Shown: positions 1 to 10,169 of the stretch, one piece after another
How positions within the stretch are numbered: position 1 is the stretch's first letter
Layout: each line of letters opens with the position of its first letter
DNA from: Ruditapes philippinarum
Lineage: Eukaryota
NCBI RefSeq assembly: GCF_026571515.1
Contig: NW_026861730.1
Span: forward strand, 186,001 to 250,000
Reading direction: 5' to 3'
Length of the DNA: 64,000 nt
Notes under the pieces: model-generated
Databases searched by the model: none
Told to the model about the DNA's origin: nothing
The model's input: only the letters and a program-made list of their open reading frames with translations
Position numbers and translations under genes: made by a program

Positions 1-1060
1 GATACTGGTGCTTCACCTGCAAAGAAATCAAAGAAAGCTACAACACCTAGACGAGGTCAAAAGAAAGCTGAAGACGTGGAACGTCAAAATGAAAATAAGA
101 ATGACAATAGATCAGATTCTCATTCAGCTGACATTGAGGATGTTAAAAGTGCTCAAATTAAAAAAACACCTACAAGAGGGCGGCGGAAAAAGGAAGATCC
201 CTTTATTGAAATCACTTCAACAGTGGAACCGAAAACACCACCAAGAAATGAAAGAAAGAATGATGAAAATATGGATGAATCAAGAAGAGATAGTTTTGGA
301 AGATCAGAAATTCCAGAAGTGTTTGAAGATATTGAAAATGTAGAAAATACACCTACCAGGAGACAAACATTATCACGTTCTTGTAAAAAAAGTGTTTCAA
401 ATGATGATGTTATTAAAACTCCTACACGGAGACAAAGTTTAGGTCGTGAAGGAAATGAGAATGAAAACAATAGTAGAACTCCAACTCGAAGGAGAAGTAT
501 TGGTCGTGAAACTAAAATTGATGAAGAAATTAAGGAAGATAAGGTTACAGCTCGTAGACAAAGTTTAGGACGTGATTTTAAGTTAAGTGAAGAGACTTTA
601 AGCAATAAAATGACTACTCGTCGTCAAAGTTTGGGTAGAGAAACGGAGACTTTTGATGAAATTAATGTAAAGACTCCAACTCGTAGACAGAGTTTAGGTC
701 GTAGTGATAACTTAAAAAAAGAAGAAAAATTACCTGAAGAAGACAATAAAAGTGATTTAAAATCAGAAAATATAGAGCCATTGACTCCTTCAAGGAGAGG
801 ACGACCAAAAAAGAAAACAGAAGAATCAAAAAATGAAACTGAAAATCAGGATGTAGTGAAAACACCTTCTAGAAGAGGGAAAGGGAAAAAAGCGCTGCAA
901 GATGTAGCCAAAGAAATTAAAGACACTAAACAAGAGGACTCTGGTAATGAAAAATTTGTAGAGAGTAAAAAAGGGAACCAGGATGAGGAAGGTTCCCCGG
1001 CATCTCATACAAGAAGTCACGATGTCAGTAAGAAGAAGGGAGATCATTCTACTTTGCCAG
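1..1060 (+). CDS. AHCTF1: ELYS/AHCTF1 large disordered C-terminal exon (5' end outside window)
   Basis: Frame 1 is open from base 1 to the donor CAG|GTATTT at 1061 (phase 1). K/E/R/S/T-rich, with AT-hook-like RRGRPKK and many TPxRR motifs. Joins in phase to downstream exons carrying ELYS C-terminal motifs. Confidence 0.8.
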
Positions 1061-1947
1061 GTATTTACTAGGTTTCTATCCCTTATTTCCAAAGTTTGTA
1101 CTAAATGAATTGTGACTTTGAATGTACCTTACAGTTTGAAATGTAAAATTTTAAGAATGCCAATTATGATCTTGATCATAGTAATGACCCTTAGAATCAA
1201 ATATATTTGCTGTTTAATTTTATTTATATTTCTGAAATCTTTATTCAAATAGTTTAAATCCAAATTTTTAGTTGTTTTTTTTTTTTAACATTTATATATA
1301 ATGTATCAAAGCATTTTTTTTCCTGACATTAATGTAAGCTGCATAAATAGATAATCACAAAGTAAGAAAGACTTGATCCTGATTGTATTCTTGGTGAAAG
1401 AAAAGCTTGCTTATATTTTAATCTTAATCAGAAACAATGCAAAGGTAATTGAAATTTGTAAATTATAAGGTAAACTCTATTGGACCAAGAATATGGTTTA
1501 TGTCTACTGCTCAGTTCAATGTTGAAAGCATCATATAAGCATTTATGATTTGCTGGTTGAATTTTCCCGCATGGTGAATTTCTCCATGACAAATAATCTC
1601 AGACATTGACTCAAATTGTCTTTGGTCTCTCAACTCTTTCTTATTAAGAAATCATATGGAATTAGTAGTTGGTTACATTCAGAGAAATTGGTAATTACTG
1701 GTAAGTTTTAATACAGCTATAAGGTGAATGTTTATAATTGTTAGTTTGTTGCATAAAAAAAAAAAATTTCTTGAAAGTTTTACTGTAATTATCTAATATG
1801 TGAAGTTGAAATTTTGTATTTCGACCACAAGGACCAGGATAACAATACACGGTTTATATATGTGTATATTTGTTTTTAAAAAAATCCTGATTATTGCTAG
1901 CTGAGAGGCGTTACCATTGTTCACAGATGATCGTTGTTTCATTGCAG

Positions 1948-2010
1948 ATGTATTTGATATACAGAACAACAGTTTTCAGTTCTCTGATCCAATGCAAGTG
2001 GATTCAGCAG
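1948..2010 (+). CDS. AHCTF1: ELYS/AHCTF1 63-bp symmetric internal exon (DVFDIQNNSFQFSDPMQVDSA)
   Basis: ttgcag acceptor ending 1947 and CAG|GTATGT donor at 2011. Phase 1-1 matches both neighbouring exons; no stop. Confidence 0.65.
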
Positions 2011-2388
2011 GTATGTTATGTTAATATATTCTTGTTTTGTATTGGACTCGTACAGTATATTTTGAGAATATCGAACTTCTTCAAGGCTTATGTAAATACT
2101 GCCTGTGTTCTCAGTTGGCTTAGTCAATAAAATTTGGTCAGTTTAGCTTAGATTTGAATTATGGCATGTGTTAAGATGATTTTAATGAAAGATATGATTA
2201 AATTGTTACCTGTCAGAAGTGATCAATTTTACCTGTGGTCTGTGACAAATTCAATAAAATAAAAACAAAACAAAAAAAATAAAATAAAAATACAGAAATG
2301 ATAAAATCAGCTATAAATGAAATATGAAACTTTGTACATTATTTCTACCTTAGTGCTAATGATAATGAATTAATATTACATTTGACAG

Positions 2389-2593
2389 ATTCAGCTGTAG
2401 CAAAGTCATTTACCCCTGTGAAATCATTCATCTTCTCTCCACCCATCACACATACACGATCAGTGATACAGAAGGAGGACATTGAGGCCAGTCAAACTGA
2501 GGCCGGGATACTGCTACCACCAGGACGACCATCATCTATAAAACAAGTCAGTGACGACCTAGAATCTAAACCAGAGAAAAAGTCAAAAAGAAA
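2389..2593 (+). CDS. AHCTF1: ELYS/AHCTF1 penultimate exon
   Basis: gacag acceptor and GTAAG donor, phase 1 to 2. Encodes SFIFSPPITHTRS, resembling the vertebrate ELYS C-terminal FVISPP motif (recalled). Confidence 0.8.
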
Positions 2594-2854
2594 GTAAGAT
2601 TTCTAACAGACATTGATGAATTCATTGTTTCCTGTAATATATATTTTTTCAGATACTTTGATGCCTTTGCGAAAAGCTGAGCATTTTGTCCTGTAATAGA
2701 TCTTATTGAGTGACTAATATATATGAGATTAAACAGGTTGTGTTAAATATTTTCATTGATTATCTTGATAACAGGCTTATGATGTTCTTCCTTTCTAATT
2801 TGATAAATATATACATGTAACAAGAACTTATTCATGACAAGTTCAAATACTGAG

Positions 2855-3035
2855 GTGGCGTGGCCAAGTGATTCTAAGGATTGTTGACTGCGTGGGTTCA
2901 AATTCTGTCAATGGCAAGATGTTGTTTCATTGAGCAAGAAACTTTACAGTCATTGCTTAGTACTGGTTTGTTCAAGGAATAGTTTAAAGAGTGTTTCAAT
3001 AAGCATAGTCAAACTAAAATAAATTTGTATAAACT
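2855..3035 (+). mobile_element. tRNA-derived SINE (CORE-like central domain) in ELYS intron
   Basis: A-box-like gtggccaagtg, B-box-like gggttcaaattc, CORE-like tgttgtttcattgagcaagaaacttta. 10-bp TSD aaatactgag at 2845-2854 and 3036-3045. Confidence 0.8.
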
Positions 3036-3283
3036 AAATACTGAGCAAATTCTTTGTATTAAAAGGAACTGTTAAGATAGCTCAGTGATGGTCTAATGGT
3101 TTGTCAATGCTGCCAACTTGTACCCGATAAACACTAGGATAGTTGCATGCAGTTGGGGAGACAATTATTGATGATAGTTGTGTTATTTGTCTTTCCAAAT
3201 TTCGGAACTTTAAGTGTTTTTTTTTTCTTATTTCATCATGATTAGAAAAACACTGAGTATTTTTTTTTTCCCCAATTTTTCAG

Positions 3284-3530
3284 AACTAAAAGGTTATACA
3301 AGGAGCGGGAAGAAATTTTATTAATCAGTCCTATCACAGGGGAGCAGGGCGGAGACTCTGGTGAGGAGGGGCGGGGCATCATGACACGTTCTACGCGAGC
3401 AGCATCAAAAAAAGTTCAGACAAAGAAAGATGGAACAAAGTTGCTCTTACAATCACTTCCTGGTGTAGGTCGTAAAACAAGAACCAGTCATAGACTGGGT
3501 CCTCTTGGACAGAAAAAGTCTGAAAAATGA
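3284..3530 (+). CDS. AHCTF1: ELYS/AHCTF1 terminal exon
   Basis: Polypyrimidine tract + cag acceptor, phase 2. Translates TKRLYKEREEILLISPITG...GRKTRTSHRLGPLGQKKSEK* (TGA 3528-3530). EEILLISP resembles vertebrate ELYS IEIRLISP followed by a basic tail. Not in the supplied ORF track. Confidence 0.8.
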
Positions 3531-5240
3531 ATAAATATACCAGGTGTACAAGTGTAAAAATTTATTGAATTTTCAGTGAAATTATTAAAAATAAATGGTT
3601 TATAAATTATATTTTTCAAATATTCTTTAAAAAATAGACTGAATATGGTACGACATTAGATAATTATATTTAAGTATATCTGACTCGCTGCATACCAATT
3701 TACAGAACAGTTCCGTATGATTTATTGCCAAAAATGTGTTCAAAGAATACTAGGTAGTTATAATTGATATGAATGATATAGATAGGAAAGGAAGTATAAC
3801 TGTGAGCAAATTATGTGTTTAAAGTCTTTAAAAAGGATTTCCAAGTTAAATTGTTTTGTCTTATATATACAAGCTGTATGCCTCCAGATGAATAAACAAA
3901 ATATATAAAAAATCTTGAAAAAATATAAAAAACAATGTGTGAATATCCAAGAAAATGAAATGATCCATATTTTATGCATGGTAAGATGGTAATTAACTTA
4001 ATCACTATATTACTAGCCAAGTACAAATGGTACAATGATTAAATCTGCATATTTGGGATATGTTAATTATTATGGGTAATTTGTATAAATAAAAAGTGCC
4101 TTTATCACTTAATATGTATACTTTGACACTTCTTATATAAATTCAGACAATTTTTGATTTTTCATAAAGGCCCATTATTCTCCAGAAATGCTTTTACTTT
4201 CATTTCTCAAAAGCTTTCAATTTTTTGTGTCCTGTTATAGTTTCCAAAAAGATATTCATTAACCAAATTCCAATTATCACATTCATCTTCTGCTTCTGTT
4301 GCATTTCAACAATTAATGAAAATATAGTGATAAAGTATTTGAATGGAAGTCAAAATACTGATTTGTTTACATTGCACTACTTTAATAACAAATAATTTCA
4401 CATTCAACGTTACTTTCTTCAGATGTTAAGCATATAAAATTCTCTCAAAAATTATTCAAAACGTTAAAAAATAAATGTTTTCCTTTTCTTAAGAATGAAA
4501 CATTACCCGGTAGTTTATTTCTGAGGCATAATGTGCATAAGTTACAGGAATCAGGAGGCATGTGGTTTGTATTGTACTACATGTATGAATATATAAACCT
4601 TGAATTGAGCTTATTTACATAATATTTCGGGTATAATATATGGAAAAAAAACTGTTCATGAACTCTTCTATCTTATTGAGAGTCGGAATATAGTTATTTA
4701 GGGAAAAGGATAAACAGTAAAAAAAATCAATACCCTTACATGATACAGTCATAGAGCATGCATGAATTTGTCCTTTTTTTGATATGATTGTTCCATTACA
4801 AAATCTCTTATTATAAGTAGGTTTAATTTTTTAAGCAAATGGATATACTACTGTAAAAATTGTCCCCTGTTTTACACAAGCTATGAATTGTTCTAATGTA
4901 ATTGATAACAGAAATTGTATATAACCAGTTTGTTAAATTATCAAATACAATTTCATATCAGAAAACTGAATGACAGGCCGTATATAGCTGTACACTGCCA
5001 TGTCATAAATTATATAGTGACGGTCTAAGGGCTTGGTTTGTATTTCCTGCTTAATGACATATGAGCAGAGCCACAAAGTTTTTGCAACAAGCCATGGAAT
5101 ATTGCATTACATTCTTTCTATTATACATTATTATATACTTGACTTTTTTTTCACTAGGGTGCTCATGTCAAGTATTTTTTGTAAAGAAAAAATATGTATT
5201 GTTCTAGAAATATTGTTAATTATCATGATTCACTTTTGGA

Positions 5241-5246
5241 AATAAA
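5241..5246 (+). terminator. candidate distal polyadenylation signal of ELYS
   Basis: AATAAA followed by a T/GT-rich tract, just before repeat-derived DNA starts. Other AATAAA lie nearer the stop (e.g. 3530), so usage is uncertain. Confidence 0.3.
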
Positions 5247-5357
5247 TTTTGTGTATATTGCTTAAACTTTTTTGTTCCTTCAAGCCTTAGGATTATTCAT
5301 TTACACTTTTCACTTCCTTCAAGGGTTATTAATTAATTTTTTTTCAAGTGTTATTCC

Positions 5358-6345
5358 TTTTAAGCTCGACTATGGGAAGTATTTGGAGAGCTGTCCTACT
5401 TGCCCTGGCATCGCGTCCAGATTTCAGATTAAAGTTTTGGTGCAGTAAAATATTTTTTACTATATCCTTTTTCATTTTTGAAGGTATCAACTTCAAAAAT
5501 ATGTTCCTTATCATCAACCACATCTTCTATCCAGTACTTTCTAACCAGTATTTTCAGATTTAACTCCCCTTGAATTTATAAATTTCCTTAAAAAATATTA
5601 TTTTTTACTGTTACTTCTTAAGCGATCAACTTCATACTTAAAATATATGTTCTTTATCATCAATCACATCTTATGTGACAAGGTTCATAACTAGTACCAA
5701 TATTGCAAGAGATATCTCCCCATTAACTTAGATTTATTTACTTGAAATATGTTATTTTTTACTATATTTTCTTTACTTTTAAAGGTATTTACCTCAAACT
5801 TCAAATACATATTTCTTATCATCAACCAGATTTTATGTGACAAGGGTCATAACTCTTGAAGCAATATTTTCAGATTGATCTCCCTTTGAACTTAGAATTT
5901 TATTTAAGAAATATAACTTCTTTACATTTTAAGGTATATTCTTCAAACTTCTAATACATATTTCTTATCCAGGCATAAAAATATTTTCAGAGTCACTCGT
6001 CCTGCAGAATGAGTAGTTTCTTATTCCAATGTGCAGGGCAACGTTTTTCTACTCGTCCTGCATCAAATTCTCTTAAATTCTACTCGTAATTACCAGCCAG
6101 GTACGTGTACCAGCAGACAAGTGGAATTTTCGATCTCTGACTGTTATCATTACACACATGTTGTGTGACAAGGTCCATAACTAGTGTGACTATTTCAAGA
6201 ATTATTGCCCCTTGAATATAAGGTAACAACTATAACTTTTTGTCATAAAAAGAAATATATTTTTATCATAATTGATGTTTCTTTCATAGTTTTGTCTTCC
6301 TTACTGCGCCCAGTATTAGTCAAGCTGAGTTTGACAGCTTTGTTC
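5358..6345 (+). mobile_element. non-autonomous Helentron-like element (HINE) with internal tandem repeats
   Basis: Subterminal IR gctcgacta...tagtcaagc, degenerate 3' hairpin ending gacagctttgtt, T-rich flanks, several diverged ~170-bp internal units (tatcatcaa..acatctt..tgtgacaagg..cataact). Confidence 0.65.
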
Positions 6346-6372
6346 TTTCCACAAGGAATATTCTTTTATACT

Positions 6373-7525
6373 TTTTAGCTTGACTGTACAATAAGAAAAA
6401 ATAGAGCTATCCTAGTTACCTGGGCGTCGGCATAACCACTTGTGTTAAAGTTTGCGTACCACCTCAAATATTTTCAAAGTCCATTTACATATAGCTTTGA
6501 AACTTTGCACACTTTCACCATCAGGCCCCCAACCTAAAGGCAGGAGGAAATAACTCTATGAAGAATTTTGACAGAATTATGCCCCTTTTGAGCTCATCAG
6601 AACCAAAGGTTCAGGGTGAGCTATTAGTATCAAAGGGCGATGCTCCAGCATCCGTAGTCAACATTCAGTTTCTCTAAAACTGCTGGGCAGAATTACTTCA
6701 AATTTGGTTTGTAGCATCCTTGTGATAGTCACACGTACATGATTTGCTCATATCATTTTAATTGGCCCCTTTTAGGGATCAACAGAGCTAAATTAAGAAA
6801 AAGCATTAAACAACTTCTACTACTGAACTAATTGATGGATGATCACGTAGCATTCTAAAAGAATCCAGTATGAAACGGAAATTAGAAAGCGTGAGTTAAC
6901 TTGCTTTACTTGCCAGATGTACTGTAACAATGAACTTTGGCCATGTAAGTTGAAGTGGAGCTGGATTTTCCTTCAGCAAGTTCATTTGAAAAACAATTGT
7001 TTCTGGTGAGTGATTCAGGGCGACCATGGCCCTCTTGTTTGACTTGGAATTTACTTGATGTTTGTGTACCACCTCAAATATTTTCATTGTCCACTGACAT
7101 ATGGCTTTGAAACTTTTCACACTTGTTTACCCTCATGCCTCCAACCTGCACACAGGAGGAGGTAACTATCAAGCATTTTGACAGAGTCATGCCGCTTTTT
7201 TACTTAAAGTTTGCATACCACCTCAAAACTTGCCGATTTCATTGGCATCCCGATTTGGAATTTTGCACACATGTTCACCATCATATCCCTAAGGAGGTCA
7301 CTGTATCAAGCATTTTGACAGTATTATGCCCCTTTTTTGACTAAGAATTTACATTCAAATTTGCGTACCACCTCAGATAATCCATTGACATGTTTCCAGA
7401 TTTTAAAGACATTGCAGAATTGTTCAACCTGTGTTTAGGAGGTCATTGTATCAAGATTATTTTTTTAACAATATTATGTGCCATTACGAATAGTCAAGCA
7501 CGCTGTCCTACTGACAGCTCTTGTT
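6373..7525 (+). mobile_element. HINE (same family as 9315-9938) carrying a nested second element
   Basis: tttttagcttgact start, ggcgtcggc motif, ~140-bp internal repeats (taccacctcaaatattttc..ccattgacatatggctttgaaact), end gaatagtcaagcacgctgtcctactgacagctcttgtt with gctgtc/gacagc hairpin. Confidence 0.75.
6586..7040 (+). mobile_element. nested HINE of a second family
   Basis: Starts in a T-run with the gagctcatcagaaccaaaggttcagggtgagct hairpin and ends ggtgag..cagggcgaccatggccctcttgttt. Splits the host repeat unit gcccctttt|gacttggaattt. Confidence 0.7.
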
Positions 7526-7654
7526 AAACTTACTAGCAGATTATGTTAAATTGAGATACATTTTTAAAAGAGTGCCCATTTCAGTATGAAAATATATTCA
7601 AAGACCGGGCAAGCAATATATAAAGATTAGAGGGAAGATCATTGTACTTGAATC

Positions 7655-7735
7655 GGGCGTGCAGGTTTGATTCCCGGACGGTGTAGGCGACTTTAATTGT
7701 GATTGATCATGAATTCATTTCTACGGTCATTCGCA
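7655..7735 (+). mobile_element. SINE fragment
   Basis: B-box-like ggtttgattccc followed by gattgatcatgaattcatttctacggtcatt, a body motif recalled from mollusc SINEs. Confidence 0.4.
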
Positions 7736-7737
7736 TT

Positions 7738-8665
7738 GATTCATAGTACATGATTTACATTGATACATAAAGTACATTATTTACCAGAATTCATAGTACA
7801 CGATTCATTTAGATTCGTAGTACATGATTTACCTAGATACGAAGAGTACCTGATTTTCCTAAATTAATAATGAGATATTAGAGTATATAATTTGCATAGA
7901 TACAAAGAGTAAATGGTTCACATAGAAATATTGTAAATGATTTACATAGATACAAATAGCACATTATTCACCTAGAAACGGAGTAAATGATTTACATAGA
8001 TACAGAGAGCACATGGTCCACCTAGAAATATTGTAAATGATTTACATAGATACAAATAGCACATTATTCACCTAGAAACATTGTAAATGATTTACATAGA
8101 TACAGAGAGCAAATCGTCCATCTAGAAATAAAACCGCCTCCGTGGTCGAGGGGTTAGAGTCGATGACTTCTAATCCAGTTACCTCTCTGGCGTGGGTTCG
8201 ATCCCTGGGAGATGCTTTGGTAGTTTAGCACGGAGAAAGGTAGTCTAGTACTGGTGTAACTCTCCAGGAACGATGGTAAGGAAACTACCCGCCTATATGA
8301 CCGAAATACTGTTGAGAAAAGGCGTAAAATGAAACAAACAAACCTAAAATATTGTAAATGATTAACATAGATACAAATAGTACCTTATTAACCTAGAAAC
8401 GGAGTCAATGATTTACATAGATACAGAGACCTAGAAATATTGTTAATGATTTACATAGATACAAATAGCACAATTTTAACCTAGAAACATTGTAAATGAT
8501 TTACATAGATACAGAGAGCACATGGTTAACCTAGAAATATTGTTAATGATTTACATAGATACAAATAGCACATTATTAACCTAGAAACGGAGTAAATGAT
8601 TAACATAGATACAGAGAGCAAATGGTTAACCTAGAAATATTGTAAATGACTTACATAGATACGGA
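7738..8665. repeat. minisatellite with ~25/50/100-bp hierarchical periodicity
   Basis: Units such as gtaaatgatttacatagatacaaata / gcacattattcacctagaaacgga. Exact 50-bp spacing with 100-bp alternation from 7931 on. Confidence 0.9.
8133..8343 (+). mobile_element. tRNA-derived SINE inserted in the minisatellite
   Basis: A box gtggtcgagggg, B box gggttcgatccc, 3' end tatgaccgaaatactgttgagaaaaggcgtaaaa followed by an (AAAC)n tail. Confidence 0.85.
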
Positions 8666-9314
8666 GAGTGCAAAATATCAATTGTTACTGTCTGTGAAAT
8701 TTCAGTCATTCAGTTAAACACTATTTTTTGTTGTTTTTATTTTATGATCAACTTTACAATGTCATTCAGTGAGAGAGTGAATTAATCAACAACATACCAT
8801 ACTCAGAGGGATATGTGTTTGTGTTGTTATTAATACTTGCCTCACCTGATTAAAGATGTCTTATCAATTATAAACAATGTCATTTATTTACCATAATAAA
8901 ATTATACGGGTTCCATTGTCATGTATATGTCAGTTATGACGTCATCACCATATAAGTACAATATATAATGCGCTTATGTTTTTAAAGTTTGCCGTAAAGA
9001 CAAGGCAATCCCAAATAAATTATCTGTAAAGGAAAAAACATTTCACAATTATTTACTGCTCTGTTCCTTTGTTAGTAAGTAGGGTCGTATTTAAAGTGAC
9101 ACTAAGTGAACTTGTAGTGCTTTACTGGAAAAGAGCAAAACAACAACATATTTTTTGAACAACGTTATTATCGCTAAATAGTAAATCACATTTGTATCCT
9201 GCAGCAGCCATTTAGAAATTCACGAGACTAAAAATGAATGGAAAAGCAATGAATGAATGAATGAATGAATGATATATCACAAAAACACCAACATTTTAAC
9301 ATGCATAATGATCA

Positions 9315-9938
9315 TTTTTAGCGCGACTATTCGATAAGAATAAGTAGAGCTATTGCAGTCACCCGAGCGTCGGCGTCGGCGTAACCACTTATGTTAAAGT
9401 TTTTGTAATACCTAAGTCCATTGACATATGGCTTTGAAACTTTGCACACTTGTTCACCGTCATGACCCTAACCTGTAGACAGGAGGAGGTAACTGTATCA
9501 AGTATTTTGACAGAAATACGCCCTTTTTCAACTTAGAATTTACGTTTAAATTTTTGTAATACCTCCAATATATTTAAAGTCCATTGACATATGGCTTTGA
9601 AATTTTGCACACTTGTTAACCGTCATGCCCCAAACTCTTAACAGGAGGAAGTAACTGTATCAAGCATTTCGACAGAATTATGCTCCTTTTTCGACATAGA
9701 ATTTACGTTTAAGTGCGTACCACCTCAAATATTTTCATATTTCATTGACATTTTGCTTTGAAACTAGTTGAAATTTTATACACTTCTTTGGGAGCATAAT
9801 GGGACTCTCTTCAAGGCTTATAACATGGATTTGTAAAAAAAAAATTAGCTCTCTTGTGAAAATTGTAAATTATCAAGTCTCATTTACTATATAGCACTTA
9901 GAATAGTCGTGCGTTCTGTCCTACCGACAGCTCTTGTT
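9315..9938 (+). mobile_element. HINE
   Basis: tttttagcgcgactattc ... gaatagtcgtgc IR, (GGCGTC)n, ~165-bp tandem units, 3' hairpin ctgtcctaccgacag then ctcttgtt. Confidence 0.8.
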
Positions 9939-9965
9939 TAATCTAGTAACATCCATACCTCATAC

Positions 9966-9978
9966 ATTATTATTATTA

Positions 9979-10015
<37 letters not shown>
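9966..10015. repeat. (ATT)n microsatellite
   Basis: Directly visible. Confidence 0.9.
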
Positions 10016-10016
<1 letters not shown>

Positions 10017-10110
10017 TAAAAAGCTGAATCTTACAAACACACTAAACTGAGTAAAACTTAGTATTTATTATTATAAAGTCGCCATCTGATCTGAGTTGTC
10101 ATTGTTGAGT

Positions 10111-10169
10111 ACAATACGAAAGTCATTTACAGTCTGTTTTTTACAGACTGTAAATGACTTTCGTATTGT
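10111..10169. repeat. perfect hairpin, 27-bp arms with 5-nt T loop
   Basis: acaatacgaaagtcatttacagtctgt-ttttt-acagactgtaaatgactttcgtattgt. Confidence 0.95.

Noticed and set aside
8-1092. Overlapping ORFs 8-343 (+), 153-605, 662-865 and 826-1092 (-)
   Set aside because: Shadow frames of the low-complexity ELYS exon; only frame 1 splices in phase to downstream exons.
7738-8665. CRISPR-like regular repeat
   Set aside because: No unique spacers, no cas genes, eukaryotic context; a minisatellite.
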